A stretch of 62,899 nt of DNA, the filler included, from Octopus bimaculoides (Eukaryota): assembly GCF_001194135.2 (NCBI RefSeq). It is 9 parts of 8 records of this genome, joined end to end, with 100 filler letters (N's around TTAATTAATTAA, not from the genome) between each part and the next. Parts side by side here need not be neighbours in the genome. Positions count along the whole stretch, not along the records: positions 39,708 to 43,205 come from NC_069010.1; positions 43,306 to 45,371 come from NW_026377499.1; positions 45,472 to 50,162 come from NC_068982.1; positions 50,263 to 59,414 come from NC_068984.1; 5 more parts are not named here. The stretch is one strand, 5' to 3'. The notes under the pieces are model-generated. The model had not been told where the DNA came from and ran no database searches. It worked only from the letters and a program-made list of their open reading frames with translations. Below are positions 39,709 through 51,071 of this stretch, one piece after another. Every line of letters begins with the position of its first letter. The first letter of the stretch is position 1. The translations under genes were made by a program, and so were the position numbers.

Positions 39709-40092
39709 TCGAGAAGGTGAATGACAAGGACCTTTTTGTGTGCACAGTCTGTGACAGACCATGTCTGTCTTTGGCTGGCCTCAAATCTCACCTGCGAACC
39801 CATGGAAAACAAACTTCAACCGGCTATTCTGATTATATGTCTGTGCACACGTTTGAAAGTGGTGTGTGCCAGAGGGCTTGCAAATCCAATGGGGGTCTTA
39901 AAAGACATGTTAGGATCCACAATGAGCAGAACTTACCTGCAGGTATTGGTAGTGCAAATCAGAGGTGCAATCTGTGTGGGTGTTTTTTCAAAACATTGTC
40001 TGGTTTAAAAAGCCACATCAGATGCCATGAAAGGGCTAAGGTGTAGGTGCAGGAGGTGGTCAAACTCTGTGTAAGGAGTAGACAACTACCAT
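39709..40092 (+). mobile_element. RTE-clade LINE 3' end with three C2H2 fingers
   Basis: CTVCDRPCLSLAGLKSHLRTH, (S)GVCQRACKSNGGLKRHVRIH and CNLCGCFFKTLSGLKSHIRCH, then a stop and ~45-nt UTR. The 5' part is lost in a gap. Confidence 0.7.
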
Positions 40093-40121
40093 TATATATT
40101 ATATATATTTGTATATAGACG

Positions 40122-40375
40122 CAAGAGTGGCTGTGTGGTAAGTAGCTTGCTTACCAACCACATGGTTCTGGGTTCAGTCTGACTGCGTGGCTCCTTGGGC
40201 AAGTGTCTTCTACCATAGCCTCGGGCCAACCAAAGCCTTGTGAGTGGATTTGGTAGACGGAAACTGAAAGAAGCCCGTTGTATATATATTATATATATGT
40301 GTGTCTGTGTTTGTCCCACCATCGCTTGACAATTGATGTTGGTGTATTTACGTCCCCGTAACTTAGCGGTTTGGC
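40122..40375 (+). mobile_element. SINE family A
   Basis: GGCTGTGTGGTAAGTAGCTTGCTTACCAACCACATGGTTCTGGGTTCAG... head, (TA)n linker and start of the tail. Confidence 0.85.
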
Positions 40376-40464
40376 CCCTCTGGGGTCGGCGCTTTTTCCA
40401 TTGTGTTTGCTGTGACCATGTGGGGGGCTGAATTACAGGAAATTGTATGTTCCACTCCTTGATG

Positions 40465-40788
40465 TAAAGTTGTTGTTTGTTCCTTCTCGAGCCGTGCCTG
40501 GCTCATAAGGGCCGGTTTCCCTGTTTCATTGGCATATAGGTTCCCCACCTGGACGGAATGCCGGTCTGTCGCAGGTGAGCTGCTAGATGCAGGTGGAAAG
40601 GGCGAGAGAAAGTTGTGGCAAAAGAGTCAGCAGAAGCTCACCATTACCTTCTGCTGGAGCCATGTGGAGCTCATAAATACACACATAAATACACTCATAA
40701 ATACACACATTGTCCAGTCTGAGATTTGAACACATGATCCCTCGACCGCAAGTCCGCTTCTCTAACCACTAGGCCATGTGCCTCCACT
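40465..40788 (-). mobile_element. tRNA-derived SINE related to family B with a different tail
   Basis: Head resembles 28100-28167, tail resembles 44600-44660. Confidence 0.7.
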
Positions 40789-41298
40789 GATGTAAAATTA
40801 TCTCATAAATTGCTCTCGGAGAAAGACAAAAATTCTATTGCGTATCTGTGTTAAGGAAATCAAATTAACATGCTAGAGAGGAAAAATGAGCTGATACAGA
40901 CGTGATATATTTGGAGGATGGCAGTTAGATATTAAACAGATGTTGTTACACATCGCTGGTCACAGTGTGCTTTTGCATTGCTTTAGCTTTCAAATGATGC
41001 CACCCTGCTGGCTAGGCAAGCCGGCCAACAATCCCCCCCACCCACCTGATCAAAGTGGGGACTGGAGCAGTGTGAAATGAAGTGTTTTGCTAAAGAACAC
41101 AATGCGTTGCCCCGTCAGGGAATTGAACCCACAATCTAGCGATCGTGAGTGCAACGGTCTTACCACAAGGCCACAACACTTTCATGGTAGGAACATAAGG
41201 AAAGGGAACACCTAGGCAAACCATCATCATTTAATGTCCATTTTCCATTCTGGCATGGGTTGGACAATTTTAACAGGAGCTGACCGGGCTGAATGCCT

Positions 41299-41820
41299 GT
41301 TTTAGAATGACATTGTAGGGTAGGTGTGAAAGGCTGGATCTGGCCTTGTTTTGAATTAATCATGCATTACCTCATAACTCCAAGATTTCAATGATGTGAT
41401 CGTTTGTTTTTAGAATGGCATTGTAGGGTAGGTGTGAGAGGCTGGATCTGGCCTTGTTTTGAATTAATTATGCATTATCTCATAGCTTTGAGATTTCAAT
41501 GAAGTGATCGTTTGTTTTTAGAATGGCATTGTAGGGTAGGTGCGAGAGGCTGGATCTGGCCCTGTTTTGAATTAATCATGCATTATCTCACATCATAGTT
41601 TTGAGATTTCAATGAAGTGATCGTTTGTTTTTAGAATGGCATTGTAGGGTAGGTGCGAGAGGCTGGATCTGGCCTTGTTTTGAATTAATCACGCATTACC
41701 TCATAACTCCAAGAGTTCAATGATGTGATTGTTTATTCTTAGAAGAAGAACACTGTAGGTTAGATGTGAGAGGCTAGATCTCACCAGTTTGAACGTAAAA
41801 CAAGTAGAATATCTGGGCCA
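41299..41820. repeat. ~108-bp tandem array (4 units plus a partial)
   Basis: Units start at about 41299, 41405, 41513 and 41626. The unit is also found dispersed at 10735-10880 and 11075-11160. Confidence 0.9.
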
Positions 41821-43043
41821 GATGTGCCCACTATTGAATGCTAAAGGGTTAACCCATACTTGTGCAAGGAAAATGGACAGGTATTGTTGTGTGTGATGGT
41901 TTAATTCCTCAGTTTCTCTCACAGGGCATTGCCTGACCTGAAGCTACGGTAACAACAATTTACTCTTGATGGGATATTTATCTTTACTTAAGCATGGATG
42001 TTCTGTTAAAACAAGCTATACTACAGTAGAGACTATGAAAGAAACTCTCGTATTGGATTTTGGTGCAAAATGCACTCGTTTATATTGCTAGCAGGGGAGA
42101 TAAGTCCCCACCAGCGCTGAGCTGAGACAACCAGATCATGTGATTTCGACCTTCCTTGGTCTCGTCAATGAGGGATACTCTACTGCTAGAGAGAGCAGCA
42201 AATTCATCATCTCCTTACCACCGATATATATAGACAAACAGTGCAAGATGAGGCACTGGTGTCGCGATCAGGCAATGCTGCGCAATAACAACAAATCTTG
42301 AATTGCATCTTACTGCCAGGGAACGGGGTAAGAAGTTTGAAATATTTTTAGGGTGCAAGGCTGGGGTATTTTGGGGTTCCTTTTTAAGCCCTTTCTCTCT
42401 TTTCTTCCTTCCATCTTTTTTTAACAATTTAATTTTCAGATTTACTGAACCAAGTATAGATTTGAATGCTTGCTGACATGACTATGGTAAGCTTGGGTAA
42501 GATTTCTAACTGAGCAGTTGTTGAGACGGCCATTAAATCGAAATCAATGATTTTTTTTTTTTTTTTTTCAAATTTAAAAAAAAAATTCTTTCATTTATCA
42601 TCACCATCATCATGACGAAGAATACTGTTTTATTCTTTTGTTTGACCTTTATTTTTCTGTTGTTTTACCTCAAAATTTGTGCCTTGCTCAGAGCACACAA
42701 GAGAGACTGTGTTGTTTACTGTTGTTGCATTTTAGCCCCAGGTCAGTCCTGAATGGGAATATTGCTGATCAAAGGCATAACTTGCATTCCAGCCTTTTTT
42801 CGAGACAGTAGAGTGACAGACATATAATGAAGATTTGGCTGCTGTTTTTAGCACATTCGCTGACCAGATCCTACGATAAGATATATAATAACATTTAATA
42901 CTTATTGGCCCACAGCTGAGGGTGATATGCCATTGCTGCTGTGTGCACTTGAACATTGTAAAACACTGAATAAAAATAATTACTGAACAAGTAAAAAAAT
43001 AATAATAAATAAAAGCAGATAGGCACAGGTGTGACTAAATCGT

Positions 43044-43205
43044 ATGGTTCTGGGTTCAGTCTCACCGTGTGGCATCTTGGGCAAGTATCTTAAAAGCCTG
43101 CCAACCACATGGTTCTGGGTTCAGTCTCACCGTGTGGCATCTTGGGCAAGTATCTTAAAAGCCTCCCAACCACATGGTTCTGGGTTCAGTCTCACCGTGT
43201 GGCAT
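43044..43205 (+). repeat. 65-bp tandem repeat of a family A SINE head fragment
   Basis: ATGGTTCTGGGTTCAGTCTCACCGTGTGGCAT at 43044, 43109 and 43174, running into a gap. Confidence 0.85.
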
Positions 43206-43305
43206 NNNNNNNNNNNNNNNNNNNNNNNNNNNNNNNNNNNNNNNNNNNNTTAATTAATTAANNNNNNNNNNNNNNNNNNNNNNNNNNNNNNNNNNNNNNN
43301 NNNNN

Positions 43306-43340
<35 letters not shown>

Positions 43341-43608
43341 CAGACAGACAAACGTCGGCACAAACAGATAGATAGATATGCGTGTACGCACACACGCACA
43401 CACATATTCTTATGCTTGTTTCAGTCATTTGACTGCGGCCATACTGCAGCACCACCTTAGAGGGTTCTGGTCGAAGGAATCGACCTCAGGACGTATTCTT
43501 TGTAAGTCTAGTACTTATTCTATCGGTTGTCAAGCGATGTTGGTGGAACATATACAGACACAGACATAAATACACAAACGCACGAACACACATACACACA
43601 TATATGTC

Positions 43609-43655
<47 letters not shown>

Positions 43656-43778
43656 ATGCGTGTATGTATGTATGTATGTATATGTGTTATGTATGCATGT
43701 ATAATCAAAAGAGAAGAGAGCACGAGAGGGTCCAGTCTTAACAAATGTTGTTAATGTTGAAAAGAAAGGAAAGGCGTG

Positions 43779-43810
43779 TTGACGTTTCGGACGCTAGTCC
43801 TTCATCAGAA
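43779..43810 (-). ncRNA. Minimal hammerhead ribozyme motif with perfect core
   Basis: Minus strand UU-CUGAUGA-A-GGAC-UAGC-GUCC-GAAAC-GUC-AA. Stem III is the palindromic ACGU, triplet GUC, stem I only 2 bp. Confidence 0.7.
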
Positions 43811-44599
43811 AGAAAAAAAATAGGAAAAATGTAAAGACAGAAGGAAGGCGTTGGAAAAGAAAGAAAGAAAAGAAAAGAAAAGAAAAGAAAANNNNNNNNN
43901 NNNNNNNNNNNNNNNNNNNNNNNNNNNNNNNNNNNNNNNNNNNNNNNNNNNNNNNNNNNNNNNNNNNNNNNNNNNNNNNNNNNNNNNNNNNNNNNNNNNN
44001 NNNNNNNNNNNNNNNNNNNNNNNNNNNNNNNNNNNNNNNNNNNNNNNNNNNNNNNNNNNNNNNNNNNNNNNNNNNNNNNNNNNNNNNNNNNNNNNNNNNN
44101 NNNNNNNNNNNNNNNNNNNNNNNNNNNNNNNNNNNNNNNNNNNNNNNNNNNNNNNNNNNNNNNNNNNNNNNNNNNNNNNNNNNNNNNNNNNNNNNNNNNN
44201 NNNNNNNNNNNNNNNNNNNNNNNNNNNNNNNNNNNNNNNNNNNNNNNNNNNNNNNNNNNNNNNNNNNNNNNNNNNNNNNNNNNNNNNNNNNNNNNNNNNN
44301 NNNNNNNNNNNNNNNNNNNNNNNNNNNNNNNNNNNNNNNNNNNNNNNNNNNNNNNNNNNNNNNNNNNNNNNNNNNNNNNNNNNNNNNNNNNNNNNNNNNN
44401 NNNNNNNNNNNNNNNNNNNNNNNNNNNNNNNNNNNNNNNNNNNNNNNNNNNNNNNNNNNNNNNNNNNNNNNNNNNNNNNNNNNNNNNNNNNNNNNNNNNN
44501 NNNNNNNNNNNNNNNNNNNNNNNNNNNNNNNNNNNNNNNNNNNNNNNNNNNNNNNNNNNNNNNNNNNNNNNNNNNNNNNNNNNNNNNNNNNNNNNNNNG

Positions 44600-44810
44600 G
44601 TTTCCCGGTTTCAATGGCGTATGTGTTCCTCAGCTGGACGGGACGCCAGTCCATCGCAGCGTTACTCATTTTTGCCAGCTGAGTGGACTGGAGCAACGTG
44701 AAATGAAGTGTTTTGCTCAAGAACCTAACGCGTCCCCTGGTCCAGGAATCGAAACCACAATCTTATGATCATGATGCTGATACCCTAACCAGTAAGCCAC
44801 GCGCCTCCAC
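44600..44810 (-). mobile_element. tRNA-derived SINE
   Basis: Reverse B box GGAATCGAAACC and AGTGTTTTGCTCAAGAAC block. A related copy lies at 41040-41180. Confidence 0.75.
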
Positions 44811-45077
44811 GTGCTACAATGTACAGCATGTTATTGTACAAGCTGGGGGTTTTTATTCAAAATATGTTTTAAACTTCTATATTCACATTCATGTAATATA
44901 AAAGGGGCTTAAACGCGTGATATTGCTATAATGCGGTAACGAAAGATACCATAGAGTTATAATGGAATAAACACGGAAAACTAATTATCGATGTTTCAGA
45001 TATTGCGTATCTTTCATTACGATTGTTTCGGTAGTTCGTTACTATCGATCACCACATCGGATAAACTTATCGATATG

Positions 45078-45114
<37 letters not shown>

Positions 45115-47081
45115 ATATATATGTATGTATATGGATATATATATATTATATATATTTATATGTATGTCTGTATTGAAATATATATATACGTATATGAATA
45201 CAGATATGTGCGTGTGTATATATATGTACAAACATATGCATACATATATACATATACACACACGCTCACACACACATATATATATATACATATATTTGTA
45301 TATATATATGCATGCATACATTAACTCACACAGCACATACACGTGTACACAAATACACACACACACACACANNNNNNNNNNNNNNNNNNNNNNNNNNNNN
45401 NNNNNNNNNNNNNNNTTAATTAATTAANNNNNNNNNNNNNNNNNNNNNNNNNNNNNNNNNNNNNNNNNNNNAGGAGAGTGAAAAAGGGAGATGAATATCT
45501 GTGCGTGCGTGAGAGTCTGCGAGTGTGTGTGTGATAACAGAACGTGTGTGTGCGTATGTATGTATATGTGTGTGTGTGTATGACGTAGTGGAAGAAATTA
45601 GTAGCAGGAATGGTTAGTGGACGCTTATAGACAGTGTAGATAGAAGGTCAACAGGCGGTTTTTTGAGTATGTGTGTGTTCGTGTTTGTGTGGGGTTGTAG
45701 GTGTTGGGTACGTGTACGTGTGTGTGTGTATTTTGTATGTGCGCGTGTGTGTATGTGTATGATTTTGTGCGTACGTATATATATAAATATATATATATAT
45801 ATATAATTGCTCAATCACTCTTTTTCTCTCTCTCTACCTATCTATAGCTGTTGCTTGTTCTTCATTCTCACTATCATGTGTTCTTGCTAAATTATGTTTC
45901 CCTTTCAGCCATTCACTCGCACATTTGCCCAGTTTTCTACTGGCTACTTGTTTCCTGTGTTACTTTACTGGCTTTAGATATATTTTTTGCTTAACTCTCA
46001 CTTTCTCTTTTTGCTTCTCGCTTACTTTCTCTCTTCCCCTCTCTTTTTCTTGTATATATATATGTGTGTGTGTGTGTGTGTATCACACACACTCTCTCCC
46101 CCTTACCCTCTCTCTCGTATTCTTTACTTATAATTGAATAGAATCTACTTAAAACTAGCTTATCTCGGAGTGTAATAAAATTTTGATGCAGAATATCTGA
46201 TATATCCGACTTAGTTGTAACCAACAATTAAAGAGTTCTCTGATATCGTTGCATTTTTTATTATTCAACAAGGAAACAAAAGATATTTACTGTATTTATA
46301 ATGTACCCATTTCAACCACTATTATAAAAGATTAGTTGTCCATCCAAACAGTTTTATGCGTATGTATATGTGTGTTTCCGTGATTTTTTTTATAATATTG
46401 TCTTAATTAAATACTGTATTCTGTTGACATTCTAATCCACTGAAACCGCTTTTGATAACGACATATTTAATTAAAAAATGTTTTACAGCTAACTGTCATC
46501 CGCGAGAGTGTATGACTTGGTAACATGTACAACGAATTTTTCCAATTCTTTTTTTAGTTGCCTATGTAAACACGAGCAGATATACACTCATTGGCTCCTT
46601 CATAATAGCGGAATATCGGAAATGTGGTAGATGAAAGGTGCGAGGGGTGTTTGTTACAGGGACGCAGTAAGTTACGAGGTCTATGAATGAAATTCACAAT
46701 CTCATATTGATGAGGCTAACCAATAGACCAAGTCCCTTTAAAATGGTATATTCACTTTACTGAAACTTGACCGCAGTCTATAGAAGCCGGTGATCCCCTG
46801 TGTTCCTGGGCTCGGCAATCATAGAGGATGAATGATTTCTTATCGGATTCTTTCAGCTGACAATACATATACCAGCTGGTACACATAAACCAATAGACAC
46901 GCATTAACATTGTAATCATTTCGAATATCCACACTTCTTCATAATCTTTATTTATATAGTAATACGTGAAATCAAACTAAGTCATATATATGTGAATGTA
47001 TGTGCGTGTGTATAGACATATATACACACATACACACACACGCATGCTCACACACACGTACACATATATACATATATATAT

Positions 47082-47138
<57 letters not shown>

Positions 47139-48131
47139 CATTTCAAGAATGTGTCCTCATTAGGGACTAATAAATCCATAATTTCACTGCTTTAATCTCC
47201 ATCACATTAGAGGAAAATCTCCTCAATATGATAGGGATTATCATAATAAGTATTATTAATGGTAAGGTAAGAAAAAGGAGAGTTGAGGATATATAGCTGA
47301 TTTATTTTGTTTCGTAGTTACAAGTTAAAATTTAAATAGGAATAAATTTTAAAAAGCACAAAAGAAACTAAAGCAAAACCTACATATGTTTCGATTCTGG
47401 CCCGTTAGTAATTCATAATTCGAAGCATTTGTGTCAAATCCAATGTTAAGACTTGGTTATCATTTTAAACTGTATGGCTCATAAACTCTTCGGTTTTTTT
47501 TCTTTTCTTTTTTTTTTGCCTTATAAAACGAAGGTTACATCTTTCTTAAGGGTATTCAAATCAAGAACTAAGGAAGTTTAAAAAGTTATATTTCGTATAT
47601 TGTGTGTATGTTTTTGCTAAGATTATAATTCAAGTAAGTAAAAGATAAGTAAAAATAAAGATGAAATAAAATAATTTTTAAAATATAAATAAAATAATGA
47701 TATATCTGTAAGGGAGCATAATCATGTAATCAAAAAATTTTAAATAAAAATATCAAAAAATAAATTTTTGTAATAAATTATAAAGATGCAAATAGATTTT
47801 TAAAATAAATCATAAAACTGCAAAATGAAGAAAGTTAAATAAACCGTTGTAACTGTATAATTTCTATTGACTGACTGATAGATACAAGCAGATATCCATG
47901 TATTCGTGGTCGTTGAATCATATCAAATCAAATTTAATCGTTTATATATACGTATACGTCAGTAGAGACTCACTTTGGAATTATCTAGCCGTTAAGAGGT
48001 GTATCTATCAAATTAATATATATACACATAGACCCCAATACAATTAGCGTATATATTTCCTTATATATATTAATATATTTTATGTTTAAGCCTCTGTTAA
48101 ATACACATATATAGTGGTAAATAATTTTAGA

Positions 48132-48579
48132 GCTTTACATTTGACGGATATTTGTCCTCATCTTGTTTGTTGTTAACACAACGTTTCGGCTGATATAACC
48201 TCCAGCATTCACCAGGTGTCTTGGAGAAAATTCGATCCTGGGTTCTCATTCCTAAGGTATTTTCGATGTTATTATTATTATTATTATTAATAATAATAAT
48301 AATAATGATAATATTCAGGTCACTGCCTGGAATCGAACTCGTAATCTTGGGGTTAGTAGCCCGCGCTCTTAACCAGTACGGGCATATGACGATAATAATA
48401 TCGAAAAATATCTTAAGAATGAGAATCCTGATTCAAAATTTTCCCAACACCTGGTGAAGGTTGGAGGGTATACCAGCCGAAACGTTGTGTTAACAACAAA
48501 CAAGAAGAGGACAAATTTCCGTCAAATGTAAATAATGTAAATAATGTACATAATTCCTCATCCCGTAAATATAGAACTG
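48132..48579. mobile_element. Fold-back element: inverted hammerhead-bearing arms around a tRNA-like cassette, 9-bp TSD-like repeat
   Basis: Arms 48134-48273 and 48394-48532 are close reverse complements. AATTTTAGA flanks both sides (48123-48131, 48580-48588). Confidence 0.85.
48317..48390 (-). ncRNA. tRNA-like Pol III cassette (pseudo-tRNA)
   Basis: GTCATATGCCCGTACTGGTTAAGAGCGCGGGCTACTAACCCCAAGATTACGAGTTCGATTCCAGGCAGTGAC. B box at 48329-48340; stems degenerate. Confidence 0.65.
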
Positions 48580-49045
48580 AATTTTAGATCTGTTCAAAAG
48601 GAGGTGAAAGAAGGGAATAAAGGGGACAAAATGAAAATCTATATTTTATGTTATAATAGAAAATATTAAAAAATTTAGAATTCATAGTATTTAAATTTAG
48701 AATTTATAGTATTTAAATTACCAAGAAATTATGTATTATGTGTATTACATCATTGAGTAACGGTTATTTAAAGAAAAATGAACAAAATATTTCATAGTCC
48801 TGTTAGTTCGATCAAATATCTATTAAAAGTTCATTTAAAACCTAATTAATTTGTATAAATGCTAAATTTTACACTATTTACTGATAATAAATTCCATCTA
48901 TTTTGCAATGCAACTCGATATAATTAAATGAAATAAATTAATCTTACATATATATATTAAATGTTGAAATACGATATTATGCTTATGTTAGGATTGTGTA
49001 TATTTAGGTAAAATATTGAAATAATAATAAAAATAATAAATGAAT

Positions 49046-49092
<47 letters not shown>

Positions 49093-49319
49093 GGTATTTA
49101 TATGTATATATTTCTAAAAATTGCATCTAATTATATCTAATTACTCCGGATTAGAAGTGAAGTGTTTGTTTATTAGTCTGCGCATAACTCTGATTAGATT
49201 AGTTTTTATTCGCTTCTAATAAGTATAGTGATATTATTAAAAATAAATTTATAAAATTTGATTTCTCAGTAACTAAGAATTTGTTTAGCTATATATCTTC
49301 AATTAATAATACAAAATTA

Positions 49320-49870
49320 GATTATTCTTATGACAATTGTAAAATTGATATTTTTCCAAGAAACAGCATACATAACGTATCTGGCAGGGTAATTGTGAAA
49401 ACTATAATTTTAACGGTTAAGGGGAAATAACCGTCAATAAACCATTTTTAGTTAACTCCAAAGATAATCTGAACAAATTTTGTGATTGTAAGATTAATGG
49501 AAAATGGAAATTTAATAATTATTGCAAACGTAAGAATCTGGTATATCAAGCTATCGTAGAAGCAGAAGGTAAAAATCACTGCTCTACTGGATCAACAGAA
49601 TATTTTGTGAAGACTAGAATTGCTAATCGTATGAGTTCTTTTAGAAATCGCTTCAATCGCAATAGCACAAGCCTTAGCAAATTGGTTTGCAGATTAAGGG
49701 GTAACAATATTGGTTTTAAGATTAGATGGAAAATTTTAAGTTAGAACCTGTACCGTTGAGCAAATGAATGCGACCATATTCTATTTTCTAAACACCAATT
49801 ATTGAATGAGAGGATTGAAAACGTTCCGACCTGTTTACATGCATCCCAAATAACTATTTTCCAAATATCA
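49320..49870 (+). mobile_element. Penelope-like linker and GIY-YIG endonuclease fragment
   Basis: Open stretch 49457-49744: CDCKINGKWKFNNYCKRKNLVYQAIVEAEGKNHCSTGSTEYFVKTRIANRMSSFRN...STSLSKLVCRLRGNNIGFKIRWKIL. Confidence 0.8.
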
Positions 49871-50104
49871 TTAAAGATTTCTTAATTATTATTATTAATA
49901 AATAATAGCTTATATATGTTTTCTAAGAGTCATTAAATATTTCTTTACTATTATTAAAGAGTAGGCCAGATATATTGATTAATATCTGATTTAAATATAT
50001 CCTCTAAAAATCATTAAATATTCAAGATAAAGTGGAGAATTTGCATTTTTATTCCAAAAGAGGTTCATCTCTACAAATGTTCAGATATAAATATATATAC
50101 ATAC

Positions 50105-50162
<58 letters not shown>

Positions 50163-50262
50163 NNNNNNNNNNNNNNNNNNNNNNNNNNNNNNNNNNNNNN
50201 NNNNNNTTAATTAATTAANNNNNNNNNNNNNNNNNNNNNNNNNNNNNNNNNNNNNNNNNNNN

Positions 50263-50305
<43 letters not shown>

Positions 50306-50938
50306 TGTTGTGAACGATCTTAAATATGTTGCTGCACGTTTCACACCGATATACAATAAAATGATTAGTACTTATATCTTAAAATAACTATTCGTTACAT
50401 TACTGATTTGATTATAGAAATTACCCCCTTTAAATGTTAATTTTTATGACTTACTCGCGTTTAATCCTTCTGAAGTGTTTTTTCCATCATGTTTTGAATG
50501 CCTGTAAGATGGGACCAAGAAAAAAGCAGAAAATGATCTCAGATTAAATTTAATTCGATGGATTCCCCCACCCATCCAATCAAAAGAATTTGCAGCTTTC
50601 AGCCTGATTTAGAAATCAATATATTCATATATAAGCGTATGTATAAAGAATAATAATATAGTTTTAAATCAGGTTTTATTTAGTGTAGATATATGTGTGT
50701 GTGGGTCTGCACATAATCAGACACACATAGATATATACACACACAAAAACACCCAACAGGCGTACAAACAAATACATACATACACTAATATATATATATT
50801 ATTATCAGTGCGCATCTTTGTGCAGATATGTGTATGTATATACATACATATTTATAAATGCGAATTTATGTTCTTATGTGTGTGTAGACAGACATAGCTA
50901 ACATAGATAGATAGACAAAGAGAGAGAGAGAGAGAGAA

Positions 50939-51011
<73 letters not shown>

Positions 51012-51020
51012 CAGATAGAC

Positions 51021-51071
<51 letters not shown>

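Noticed and set aside
39717-40046. Host C2H2 zinc-finger gene
   Set aside because: No TGEKP linkers, and the finger signature and short 3' end match RTE LINE tails. Recorded as a mobile element.
43044-43205. 65-bp SINE-fragment tandem as a novel array
   Set aside because: Runs directly into a gap, so it may be an assembly artefact.
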